Assembly (NCBI GenBank): GCA_964347125.1 | Contig: CAYFXO010000001.1 | Span: forward strand, 5,557 to 37,556 | DNA from: an uncultured Methanomassiliicoccales archaeon | GTDB lineage: Archaea > Thermoplasmatota > Thermoplasmata > RBG-16-68-12 > CAYFXO01 | Length of the DNA stretch: 32,000 nt | Direction of reading: 5' to 3' | Shown here: piece after piece, positions 23,419 through 32,000 of the stretch | Layout: each line of letters starts with the position of its first letter | How positions within the stretch are numbered: position 1 is the first letter of the stretch | The notes under the pieces: model-generated | What the model was told of the DNA's origin: nothing | The model's database searches: none | Seen by the model: the letters and a program-made list of their open reading frames with translations, nothing else | Made by a program: the position numbers and the translations under genes

Positions 23419-26400
23419 TTGAGCCCGCGCATCCACTCGCGCCTACTGAGCGTATTGGTCGTTGTCACGCTGTCCTCCTCCGCGTTCGCGTTCTTCCCCG
23501 CGGCGACGGGCGACGTCACAGACGGCGTGGACGTGGCCCCCGCGGACGATTCCCTCGGTCCCGCGGCCCCCACCACGGAGGACCCGCAGACGATCGCGGG
23601 CCTCTATAAACTCGAGGCGGGCCTCCGAAGCCACCTCGACTCCAAGGAGACCGTCCGCGTCCTCATCGCGACCTACGACGTGGGCGCCCTCGGCGTGGCC
23701 CTGGGGGCGGGGGCGGTGGACGCCGCCGACCTCGGTGCCAAGGCCCCCGGCCTCGCGGTCCCCATGGTGGACCTCCAGGGCGTCCGCCTCAAGGAGATCG
23801 CCGCCCTGGACTCCACCGTCGCCATCATGGAGTGGCGGCCCCCGGAGCGGCAGGTCGTTGAGACCGTGGACACCTTCTCGAAGAAGGGCGTGCGCCCCAG
23901 CAACCTCAACTCCACCCTGAACCACCTGGCCCCCCAGGCGTGGGCCGCGGGGTGGACGGGCGACGGGGTGCGCATCTCCGTCATGGACGACGGGGTGGAC
24001 TTCGCCCACCCGGACCTCATGGGGACCATGGCCCGGTTCAACTGGACGAACCTCCCCGCGAACATCCAGGCCGCGAAGCCCCACCTCCGGCACTACGACA
24101 ACTGGCCCATGGCCTTCGACCCCTTCTCCATGTCCAGCTTCATGATGAACAACGGCGAGGCGGAGGGGACGTGGTACGGGAACACCACCTCCACGGACCG
24201 CAACGTCACCCACACCATCCGGATCGACGGCCGGAACGACTTCTGGGACGACGGGAGCGAGCTCGTCGCCACCGACCTCCGGGGGGACATCAACGTCGGC
24301 CAGCCGTCCCACCTGGGGAACGACTTCGACCTCGTCTCCCTGTACGCCACCCAGGACGCGGACTGGTGGTATTTCGGCTTCGACACCTTCACGAACCAGT
24401 CGGACGTGGCCTTCGGCCTCTACATCGACACGGACAACGTCACGGGGTCGGGCGGGGACGTGGACCCGCGAGCGGGGAGCCTCATCACCGCCGTGCCCGA
24501 GCACCGCCCGGAGTTCGTCGTCTACATCGACCACCTGGGCGGGCAGCCCCCGGGGCAGTACGACCGGAACGACACCGTGGAGAACGGGACGGTCTACACC
24601 TGGCTGGGCTCCGCCTGGGACGCCGGGGTGAACATCACGGAGTTCCCCATCAACGGGCAGATCAGCTACAGCGCCTGGGACTTCGAGGATGAGGAGGCGT
24701 TCCTGGAGTTCTCCCTGCCCAAGGCGTTCCTAGGGGACCCCCAGCAGCTCGCGGTGGAGCTGTTCACCGCGGGGGTGAACGCGTCCCACGCCCTGGACAC
24801 CGCCTACTCCGACCCGAACGTGAACTTCCCAGCCCCCGACTGGACGCCGACGCCCACCCAGCTCTCCGCGTTCACCTACGTGGGGCGGGGCTTCTGGATC
24901 CACACCTACGTCCGCTCCGACGACACCGTCGCGGGGAAGCCGAACGTCCAGATGTCGTGGCCCCTGGAGTACCAGGTCACGGGGACCAGCAAGAGCGGCG
25001 GCTACTACTTCGGCGACCACCCGGACGACAACTACCCCCTCACCCGGATTCTCGTGGTGGACGAGGCGGTGGCGGGGGTGTACGACACCGTCTACGTGGA
25101 CCTGGACCACAACCGGGACTTCACGAACGACAAGCCCCTGAAGAAGTACGGGAAGTACTGCGCGGACAAGCAGTGGCGGCCCGCGGACGACCCCGTGGCC
25201 TGCCCGGTCTACGACGAGACCTCGTGGCTGGACTTCTTCGACCCCGCCTCGGGGGTGACGTCCATCGACTACGCCCCGAACGGGACGTGGATTGCCACCG
25301 GGTCCAACGACCACCGGATCCTCCTGTGGGACGCCGCCTCCGGCGCCCAGGTCAACGAGTTCCACGCCCACCGCGGGCGGGTGACGTCCGTGGCCTGGGA
25401 CCTTGCGGGGCTACGCCTCGCCGCGGGCTATGCCGACGCCTCCGGCCGCGGGCAGCACGCCGTGGTCGTGTGGAACTGGGACGGCACGGTGGCCGCCACG
25501 TTCACCGAGAGCGACGGCGGGCACACCGCGGGGGTCACCGCCGTGGCGTGGGACCCCGTCGGGGCGAACAACCGCCTCGTCTCCGCGTCGATGGACGGCA
25601 CCGCGAAGGTCTGGAACGTCGGAACGGGCCTCGTGGCCACCCTCACCGGACACACGGCCGCCGTCGGGACCGCGGACTGGGGCGCCAACGGCATCGCCAC
25701 CGGCTCTGACGACGGGACCGTGCGCCTCTGGGACGCCTCGTGGACCGAGGCGGACTCGGTGGCCCACGGCACGCCCCTCAACGCCATCGCGTTCAGCCCG
25801 AACGGGACGTGGCTCGCCTACGGCGACCGGGCGGGGCTCCTGAGCGTGTGGGACGTGGTCCTGGACGCCTGGAGCACCTGGTCCATCCCCGAGCACCAGA
25901 CCCTCCCGATCACCTCCGTATCCTGGTCCCCCGTGGCCTCCCAGCTCCTCACCACCTCCACGTGGGACGAGGAGACGAACAACTTCGTCCTCGCCCGGTG
26001 GACGGTCAACAACTACAACGACTTCTTCGTCACCGGCTCCAAGACGGGGCAGGCGGCCCACGAGGCCAGCGTGTTCTCCGGGACCTGGTCCACCGACGGC
26101 CTCTCCGTCGTCTCCGGCGGGGAGGAGGCCCGGGCGCGGCGGTGGACGAGCGCCACCCTCTCCCTGGAGGGAGACTACAAGGGCCACGCCCTGGGGTCCA
26201 CCGACTACACGTGGTACCTCACGGGCGACGGCGTCCCGGACGTCTCCGGCGGGATCATCTACTTCATCGCGCAGAACGAGTGGGACTTCGGCAGCGGGAC
26301 CCTGGAGCAGGTGCCCATCCCCTACTCGGACGTGTGGATCGCCCGCCAGCCGGCCGTGCTGGACCTGCAGAACATCATCCCCGCCAACGGGACCGTCGTC

Positions 26401-29400
26401 GCCTTCATGGGCGCCCTGGACCTGGACCAGGGCCACGGCACCCTCGTCGCGTCGAGCCTCGTGGGGCGCGGCCAGTCCACCTACTTCGACGAGGGGACCA
26501 TGGACGTCCCCACGGTGGGCCACGTCATCGGGTTCGCCCCTGACGCCCTCCTCGTGCCCGTGGCGAACGTCTACGCCACGAACTTCTACGACGGCTGGTA
26601 CTTCTCGGTGGAGGGCTACGACGGCACCCCGAACACGGGGGACGAGGCCCACATCATCTCGAACTCCTTCGGCTTCTCCGGGACCTACCACGACGGGTGG
26701 GACTTCAACGCCCGGTTCCTGGACTACCTGGTGAACGACCACGCGGACGGGAACGTGACGATCACGGTGTCCTCGGGGAACTCCGGGTGGGGGTACGGGA
26801 CGGTGTCCACCCCCGCGGCGTCCCCCGCGGTCATCACCGTCGGCGCGGCCACGGACTTCTTCTACCGCCACCTCTCGGGGCTGGAACGGGGCCTCAACCC
26901 GACGTTCGGGGAGGTCACCCCGGAGTCCTCCCGCGGGCCCACGGCCCAGGGGATGCCGGACCCGGACGTGGTGGCGAACGGCCGCATGGCCTTCGGGTCT
27001 GTCGCCCTGAACCAGGTGGACTACCGCCCCTACAACGGCTACGAGGCCACGAACCTCTGGGCGGGGACGTCCCTGGCCTCGCCGGGGGCTGCGGGGATGC
27101 TCGCCCTGGCCTTCCAGGCGTACAAGGAGGCCAACGGGGCGTTCCCCAACGCGAGCGTCGCCAGGAGCCTCCTCATGAGCGGGGCGGACAATCTGAAGTA
27201 CGACCCGCTGGTCCAGGGGGCGGGGCGGGTGAACGCCCTCCGCACCGCGCAGTTGGCGGCCGGGCAGGACGGCTTCCTCGTGGCGCCGAACCTGTGGAAC
27301 CCCGGGGACTACCAGGGCACCCGGTACGAGTCGTTCGCCCACCTCATGGACCCGGGGGACAGCGCCCAGGAGACCTTCACCGTCACGAACGTCGCCCCGG
27401 CGCCGGACACCCTCACCCTCACGGACGCGGTCTTCCAGAAGACCTCCGAGGTGAACTTCACCTTCCAGACCCAGACGGACCTCCCCAACGACCCCGCCCA
27501 CTGGTTCCTCATCCTCCACGGCCTCCCCCTGGCCCTGACGGGGACGGGGGTGTACGACAAGAATTACCAGAAGGTCGCGGCCATCGACGAGGGTGAGTGG
27601 CTGAACGCGGACCTCCTGCGGATCAGCTACCGGGTTCCCATCGGCGACCTGGATCCCGACGGCGACGGGAACACGAACTACTCCTACTTCCTCGAGGTCA
27701 TGGACTGGTCCGAGGACGACTGGACGATGTTCCCGCCGGAGCCGAACACGGGGGCCTTCAGCGACCTGAACCGCCGCCTCATCGTGTTCCCCGACGCGAA
27801 CGTGTGGGAGGGGCGCATCCACGACCCCGCGGGGCGGACCCACGACGGGTTGGCGATGGGCGTCCGGGCGGGCATCCAGCCGGGGAAGCCCGGGGCCGCG
27901 GGGATCAACTTCCTGGTGACCCTGGAGTTCTACCAGAAGGCGGACTGGAACTGGCTGAGCCTCAGCACGGGCTCTCTGTCCCTGGCGGGCGGGGAGACGC
28001 AGACCTTCACCTCGACGGTGGACGTCCCCGCGGGGACCCCCATCGGCGGCTACGAGGGGGCCATCTACATCCAGGGCGACCCCGCCACCGCCTCCGCCAC
28101 TCGGTCGATCCAGGTGCCCTTCTTCGCCAGCTGGGTGTCCGCGGACCACCAGGACATCTCCGCCCTCACGGTCCTCAGGAACGGCGTCCCCCAGACGGCG
28201 GGGGTGGACTACCTGGAGTACCTGGCCGCCGGGATGGTCAACTTCACCGCCCCGCTGAACCCCGGCGACGTGGTGCAGATGGACTACACCTACGCGAACA
28301 CCACGACGATTCCCGTGGTGATCAACGTCCCCTCGAACCAAGTGGAGTTCGGCTTCGGGCAGGACGCGCCGGGGCAGGACGACCTGTTCCGGAACCGCGT
28401 CGTGGGGGGCTTCGGGCAGGGCACCCAATCCGGGGACTGGCGGTTCTACTTCGTGGACGTCCCCGACCAAGGGCAGTTCTCCATCGAGAGCGGCTCGAAG
28501 TTCTTCCTGGACCTCCAGTGGGACCTGGACATGACGGACATCAACGGGTACGCGTTCGGGCCGGGGGCGGTGCCCATCGCCGCGGGCCTCACCGCGGGGG
28601 CGTTCCCCCAGAGCCGGTACGGGCCCTACCTGCTGTACACGACCAACGGCGGCTCCGAGGAGACGGCCACGTTCTTCACGACCACGGGCGGGCCGGAGGA
28701 GATCGTGGCCCCGGGCCTCGTGGGGGGCCTGAACGTCCTGGCGATCCAGAACGTCCTGATGAACGGGACCTACGCGTCGGAGGCCGTCTCCGGGCAGGTG
28801 GGGAGCATGCGCGTGAACCCGCCGGAGATCAAGGTGGTGACGAACGAGCTCTCCGGGTCCCGGGATGTCCTCCTGTACTCCAGCGTGCCGTGGCCCGGCA
28901 TCGGGAGCGTCTCCGCGGGGCCGTCCGCCCCGGAGGAGTTCCTCGACGTCCCCATCCAGCAGGACGTCATCGAGGGCGGCACCTTCATCGACCTCCTCGT
29001 GGGCGGCTCCTACACGAAGGTCGTCAACGTGGAGCCCAGCGCCCTCATCTTCGACGTCCACATCACCTCGAACCCCGGGGACCCGCCGGAGGGGACGGCG
29101 GAGCCCTGCGACGACCTGGACCTGGCCCTGTTCCTCGACGGGAAAGGGCCGGACAACGTGCCGGACGGCGCGGCCCAGGTGGAGGAGTTCGTCGTCTACG
29201 ACGCGGACGCCGACGCGGACGAGCACATCCGCCTCATCAAGCCGACGGTGCAGGACGACCCGGACACGCCCGAGGTCAACGAGGGCGTCGTCGGGGCGCC
29301 GTACATCATCAAGGTCCTCGGGTTCACGTGCCCCAAGGGCTTCGGGACCTTCAACATGGACCTCACCCTGGTGCAGGGGGAGGGCTTCACGGTGGCGGGG

Positions 29401-31755
29401 ACGACCGCCGCCCTCATCCCCGCGTGGAACGTGAGCACCGTCACCCTGCAGTGGAACCTGGACGGGAGCACCCCCGACGGGGAGCTCCTGGGGGCGCTCT
29501 ACGTGGGCCCGGAGAAGGCCCCCCTCACCCTCCTGATCCCCGTGGAGCTGGCCGTCGACCGGGTCGCGCCGGTGATCGAGGGCTTCAGCCTGAACACCGC
29601 CCCGGGCCTCCAGATCGAGAACGCGACGCAGCTGCGGACGAACGATCCCATGCCCCGGGTGGCCATCTCGTTCAGCGACGCGGAGCGCGGCGAGCTTTCG
29701 TACGACTCCGTCCGGCTGTGGCTGGACGGCCAGGACATGACCCCCCAGGCGGAGGTCGTCATCCCGTTCGGCCTGAACGCGGAGGAGAAGCTCGGGTACT
29801 GGCAGGGGGCGGTGACCTTCGGCGTGCCCGCGCCCCTCCCGGACGGCCCCCACTTCCTCACGGTCGCCGTGGGGGACGAGGGGGGGAACGTCGCGTCCCA
29901 GAGCTTCGTCGTCGTCATCGACACCCAGTCCCCGCCCCTGACCCTGGACGACCCGGACGTGAGCTTCACGAACCAGGGGACCCACGCCATCACGGGTGCG
30001 TCGCGGCCCGGAAGCACCGTGGAGATCCCCGGCGGGACCGTGGAGATGGAGGCGGACGGGACCTTCCGGGCGACGGTCACCCTGGCGGAGGGCGCGAACG
30101 TGTTCGAGGTGCGGTCCGTCCCGTGGTACTCCGTGGACGGGTCGGGGAACCCCGTGCCTGCCAACGTGGCCACGGTGGAGAAGACCATCGTCTACGACGC
30201 CCTCGCGCCGGCCTTCGACCAGGCCCTCATCCAGGGGCCGAACCCCACCCGCACGGCGACCGCCCCGGTGACGGGGCGGGTGTCGGACCTCATCGCGGCG
30301 GGGACGCCGTGGGACCCGACGACGCTGGCGGTGACGGTGGCCGGTCGCGCGGTGGCCGTGAACGCGGACGGCTCATTCGAGACCCTCGTGCCGCTGGTGG
30401 AAGGACCGAACGTCATCCCGTTGACGGCGACGGACCTCGCGGGGAACACCGCGTCGGTGAACCGGACCGTGATCCTGGACACCTTGGCGCCGAGCCTTTC
30501 GCTGGAGGCTGTGCCGGAGACGACGAATCGGAGGACCCTCACGATCGAAGGGCAGACGGAGCTGTCGGCGGTCCTCACCCTGAACGGCGGGCTCGTGGTG
30601 ACGGCGGCGGGCGCCTTCACCGTGGACGTGGAGCTCAGCCGGGGGGCGAACGTCCTGGTGGTCGCGGCGGAGGACGTGGCGGGGAACCGGGTGGAGCGCC
30701 GCCTCGTCGTGGAGTACCGCCCGGAGGCGGGGCCGGACCTCCTGCTGTGGGTGCTCGCGCCGCTGCTCCTTGTGGTCGGGCTGCTCCTGGGATTCTTCGT
30801 GGGGCCGCGGGTCCTCGGGCCGCGGGGCCCTGAGGAGGAGGAACCGGAGGAGGCGGAGCCCGAGGAACTCCCGGAGGAGGACGAGCGGATCGCGCGGCTG
30901 CGGGAGGCCTACGAGTCCGGGAGGATCACCGAGGAGGTGTACGAGGAGAACCTGGCCCGCCTCGCGGGGGAAGCCCCGGAGGAAGAAGCTCCGGCGGAAG
31001 AGGAGGAGATCCCGCCCGAAGAGGAGGAGGAGGAACCTCCGGAAGAGGACCAGCGCCCGCCCGAAGAGGAAGAGGCGATCGCGCCGGAGGAAGAGGAGAT
31101 TCCCGAAGAGGCGGTCCCGGCCGAGGAGGACCCCTTGGCCCGGCTGGAGGCCGCCTTCGCCGCCGGCAGGATTTCGCGGGAGGTCTACGAGCAGAACCGG
31201 GCACGGCTGACGGGGGCCCCTCCCGCGGAGGAGGAAGCGGCCGAGGAGGAACTCGAGGAGCCTCCCGAGGAAGTGGAGGAGCCCCTCGCAACGGAGGACC
31301 AAGTCACCCGGCTCCAAAGGGCCTTCGAGGCGGGGAGGATCTCCGAGGCGGTGTACCGCGAGAACCTCGCCCGCATCGGCGTCGAGGCCCCGGAGGAGCC
31401 CGAGGAAGAGGCCGTGGAACCCGAAGAGGAGGTCCCGGAAGAGGACGAGCGAGTGCTCCGGGTTCAGCGGGCCTACGAGGCGGGCAAGATCTCCCGGGAC
31501 GTGTACGAGAAGAACCTGGCCTTGATGGGCTTCGAGGTCCCCGAGGAGGCGGTCGACCTGGGGCCGCTGACGCGGCTTGCCGAGGCGTTCGCGGCGGGTC
31601 GGGTCTCGGGGGACCTGTTCACCCAGAACCTGGGCCGCCTGGAGCTCCCTGACGCGGAGTTGCCCAACAAAGTCGAGAGGCTCTCCGCGGCGTACGAGGC
31701 GGGGAAGATCTCCGAGACGGTGTTCCGCGAGAACGTGAAGCGGCTCCTCAAGTAG
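23419..31755 (+). CDS. giant (2778 aa) membrane-anchored subtilisin-like (S8) serine protease with WD40 propeller insertion, multiple Ig-like domains, TM helix and SHOCT-repeat cytoplasmic tail
   Basis: Start TTG 23419, 5 nt after GGAGGAG (the listed TTG 23395 is also possible). Signal peptide [24 protein letters not shown]. Catalytic triad contexts ISVMDDGVD (Asp 23986-23988), [11 protein letters not shown] (His 26434-26436), [13 protein letters not shown] (Ser 27070-27072). TM helix at 30739-30804. Confidence 0.85.
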   Translation: MSPRIHSRLLSVLVVVTLSSSAFAFFPAATGDVTDGVDVAPADDSLGPAAPTTEDPQTIAGLYKLEAGLRSHLDSKETVRVLIATYDVGALGVALGAGAVDAADLGAKAPGLAVPMVDLQGVRLKEIAALDSTVAIMEWRPPERQVVETVDTFSKKGVRPSNLNSTLNHLAPQAWAAGWTGDGVRISVMDDGVDFAHPDLMGTMARFNWTNLPANIQAAKPHLRHYDNWPMAFDPFSMSSFMMNNGEAEGTWYGNTTSTDRNVTHTIRIDGRNDFWDDGSELVATDLRGDINVGQPSHLGNDFDLVSLYATQDADWWYFGFDTFTNQSDVAFGLYIDTDNVTGSGGDVDPRAGSLITAVPEHRPEFVVYIDHLGGQPPGQYDRNDTVENGTVYTWLGSAWDAGVNITEFPINGQISYSAWDFEDEEAFLEFSLPKAFLGDPQQLAVELFTAGVNASHALDTAYSDPNVNFPAPDWTPTPTQLSAFTYVGRGFWIHTYVRSDDTVAGKPNVQMSWPLEYQVTGTSKSGGYYFGDHPDDNYPLTRILVVDEAVAGVYDTVYVDLDHNRDFTNDKPLKKYGKYCADKQWRPADDPVACPVYDETSWLDFFDPASGVTSIDYAPNGTWIATGSNDHRILLWDAASGAQVNEFHAHRGRVTSVAWDLAGLRLAAGYADASGRGQHAVVVWNWDGTVAATFTESDGGHTAGVTAVAWDPVGANNRLVSASMDGTAKVWNVGTGLVATLTGHTAAVGTADWGANGIATGSDDGTVRLWDASWTEADSVAHGTPLNAIAFSPNGTWLAYGDRAGLLSVWDVVLDAWSTWSIPEHQTLPITSVSWSPVASQLLTTSTWDEETNNFVLARWTVNNYNDFFVTGSKTGQAAHEASVFSGTWSTDGLSVVSGGEEARARRWTSATLSLEGDYKGHALGSTDYTWYLTGDGVPDVSGGIIYFIAQNEWDFGSGTLEQVPIPYSDVWIARQPAVLDLQNIIPANGTVVAFMGALDLDQGHGTLVASSLVGRGQSTYFDEGTMDVPTVGHVIGFAPDALLVPVANVYATNFYDGWYFSVEGYDGTPNTGDEAHIISNSFGFSGTYHDGWDFNARFLDYLVNDHADGNVTITVSSGNSGWGYGTVSTPAASPAVITVGAATDFFYRHLSGLERGLNPTFGEVTPESSRGPTAQGMPDPDVVANGRMAFGSVALNQVDYRPYNGYEATNLWAGTSLASPGAAGMLALAFQAYKEANGAFPNASVARSLLMSGADNLKYDPLVQGAGRVNALRTAQLAAGQDGFLVAPNLWNPGDYQGTRYESFAHLMDPGDSAQETFTVTNVAPAPDTLTLTDAVFQKTSEVNFTFQTQTDLPNDPAHWFLILHGLPLALTGTGVYDKNYQKVAAIDEGEWLNADLLRISYRVPIGDLDPDGDGNTNYSYFLEVMDWSEDDWTMFPPEPNTGAFSDLNRRLIVFPDANVWEGRIHDPAGRTHDGLAMGVRAGIQPGKPGAAGINFLVTLEFYQKADWNWLSLSTGSLSLAGGETQTFTSTVDVPAGTPIGGYEGAIYIQGDPATASATRSIQVPFFASWVSADHQDISALTVLRNGVPQTAGVDYLEYLAAGMVNFTAPLNPGDVVQMDYTYANTTTIPVVINVPSNQVEFGFGQDAPGQDDLFRNRVVGGFGQGTQSGDWRFYFVDVPDQGQFSIESGSKFFLDLQWDLDMTDINGYAFGPGAVPIAAGLTAGAFPQSRYGPYLLYTTNGGSEETATFFTTTGGPEEIVAPGLVGGLNVLAIQNVLMNGTYASEAVSGQVGSMRVNPPEIKVVTNELSGSRDVLLYSSVPWPGIGSVSAGPSAPEEFLDVPIQQDVIEGGTFIDLLVGGSYTKVVNVEPSALIFDVHITSNPGDPPEGTAEPCDDLDLALFLDGKGPDNVPDGAAQVEEFVVYDADADADEHIRLIKPTVQDDPDTPEVNEGVVGAPYIIKVLGFTCPKGFGTFNMDLTLVQGEGFTVAGTTAALIPAWNVSTVTLQWNLDGSTPDGELLGALYVGPEKAPLTLLIPVELAVDRVAPVIEGFSLNTAPGLQIENATQLRTNDPMPRVAISFSDAERGELSYDSVRLWLDGQDMTPQAEVVIPFGLNAEEKLGYWQGAVTFGVPAPLPDGPHFLTVAVGDEGGNVASQSFVVVIDTQSPPLTLDDPDVSFTNQGTHAITGASRPGSTVEIPGGTVEMEADGTFRATVTLAEGANVFEVRSVPWYSVDGSGNPVPANVATVEKTIVYDALAPAFDQALIQGPNPTRTATAPVTGRVSDLIAAGTPWDPTTLAVTVAGRAVAVNADGSFETLVPLVEGPNVIPLTATDLAGNTASVNRTVILDTLAPSLSLEAVPETTNRRTLTIEGQTELSAVLTLNGGLVVTAAGAFTVDVELSRGANVLVVAAEDVAGNRVERRLVVEYRPEAGPDLLLWVLAPLLLVVGLLLGFFVGPRVLGPRGPEEEEPEEAEPEELPEEDERIARLREAYESGRITEEVYEENLARLAGEAPEEEAPAEEEEIPPEEEEEEPPEEDQRPPEEEEAIAPEEEEIPEEAVPAEEDPLARLEAAFAAGRISREVYEQNRARLTGAPPAEEEAAEEELEEPPEEVEEPLATEDQVTRLQRAFEAGRISEAVYRENLARIGVEAPEEPEEEAVEPEEEVPEEDERVLRVQRAYEAGKISRDVYEKNLALMGFEVPEEAVDLGPLTRLAEAFAAGRVSGDLFTQNLGRLELPDAELPNKVERLSAAYEAGKISETVFRENVKRLLK
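25255..26150 (+). repeat. seven WD40-like blades (beta-propeller) inside the subtilase Asp-His insertion
   Basis: [18 protein letters not shown]; VTSVAWD...VVVWNWDG; VTAVAWDP...[13 protein letters not shown]; [15 protein letters not shown]; [27 protein letters not shown]; ITSVSWSP...ARWTV; [23 protein letters not shown]. Confidence 0.75.
30877..31746 (+). repeat. six SHOCT-like 28-30-aa repeats separated by Glu/Pro-rich linkers (coding tandem repeat, cytoplasmic tail)
   Basis: [28 protein letters not shown]; [27 protein letters not shown]; [27 protein letters not shown]; [28 protein letters not shown]; [27 protein letters not shown]; [27 protein letters not shown]. Confidence 0.75.
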
Positions 31756-31763
31756 CCTCGCTC

Positions 31764-31793
31764 GCCAGGGCATCGAAGCCCCTCGGCCCTGGC
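31764..31793 (+). terminator. possible 3' hairpin after the subtilase gene
   Basis: GCCAGGGC (31764-31771) pairs with GCCCTGGC (31786-31793) across a 14-nt loop. There is no oligo-T tract, so terminator function is uncertain. Confidence 0.2.
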
Positions 31794-31816
31794 CGACCCT
31801 CCAGGGCGGCACCGAA

Positions 31817-31830
31817 GCGTTATATAACGG
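31817..31830 (+). promoter_or_regulatory. TATA box (GCGTTATATAACGG) for cysS
   Basis: Palindromic TTATATAA about 42 nt upstream of ATG 31868. Confidence 0.4.
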
Positions 31831-31867
31831 CCCCCGCGTAGTTCGCCCACCCTCCCGGAGACCCTCC

Positions 31868-32000
31868 ATGGCGCTGCGCCTGTACAACACGAAATCACGG
31901 GAGCTCGAGGCTTTCGAACCGCTGGACCCGCCGGAGGTGCGGATGTATGTTTGCGGGCCCACGGTCTACGACTACGCCCACGTGGGCCACGCCCGGTCCT
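31868..32000 (+). CDS. cysS: cysteine--tRNA ligase, N-terminal 44 codons (continues beyond window end)
   Basis: [44 protein letters not shown]: the canonical CysRS N-terminus with a class I HxGH motif (HVGH). Confidence 0.85.
   Translation, partial: MALRLYNTKSRELEAFEPLDPPEVRMYVCGPTVYDYAHVGHARS

Noticed and set aside
25411-29985. 1524-aa minus-strand ORF, the second-longest ORF in the track
   Set aside because: It is antisense to the subtilase gene. Its translation is low-complexity R/G/P/H/V-rich with no recognisable motifs, whereas the plus-strand frame has clear S8, WD40 and Ig-like content and GC3 bias. This is a typical high-GC shadow ORF. The same reasoning applies to 10408..12180(-), 12382..14154(+), 2965..4224(+), 2930..4156(-), 8966..10510(-), 21218..22357(-), 21595..23193(+), 27597..30833(+), 30373..31962(-) and the many shorter R/P/G-rich ORFs.
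30805-31752. Periodic repeat signal that could be taken for a CRISPR array or satellite
   Set aside because: The repeats are in frame inside a long ORF. They are conserved at the protein level but not the DNA level, have no constant-length spacers, and no cas genes are nearby.

Overview
GC-rich (about two-thirds G+C by eye) archaeal chromosomal segment. The archaeal call rests on aRF1, archaeal-type UMP kinase, fused ThiD-ThiN, BRE/TATA-like promoter boxes 25-35 nt upstream of starts, frequent GTG/TTG starts, and a tRNA without encoded CCA. The lineage cannot be assigned from sequence alone.

I support 29 coding features and one tRNA-Ala(CGC). Most long ORFs in the supplied track are antisense or off-frame shadows typical of high-GC DNA and are rejected.

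Content from left to right:
- AKR fragment
- small zinc-ribbon gene coupled to a membrane HhH protein
- membrane-anchored FKBP
- a minus-strand block thiDN - GT4 (split) - DedA - FAD oxidoreductase - GT2
- a hypothetical gene
- thpR-pyrH
- prf1-argS
- a 1318-aa heavily sequon-decorated surface protein
- small uncharacterised genes
- a four-gene Ubl-E2-E1-JAB operon
- tandem-GNAT plus C45 peptidase
- Zn-ribbon-LOR protein
- tRNA-Ala
- a 2778-aa membrane-anchored subtilase
- the start of cysS

The main finding is the operon at 17667-20134. Its three conjugation proteins resemble, motif by motif, eukaryotic UFM1, UFC1 and UBA5 as I recall those sequences, rather than ubiquitin, SAMP or MoaD-type systems. 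A JAB/MPN+ metalloprotease sits where eukaryotes use UfSP cysteine proteases, and no recognisable E3 is present.

Secondary findings:
- a subtilase whose catalytic Asp and His are separated by 816 codons containing a seven-blade WD40 propeller, followed after the membrane anchor by a cytoplasmic tail of six SHOCT-like repeats
- a GT4 glycosyltransferase split by a 73-bp insertion flanked by direct repeats

No CRISPR array, transposase, integrase or other mobile element was seen.
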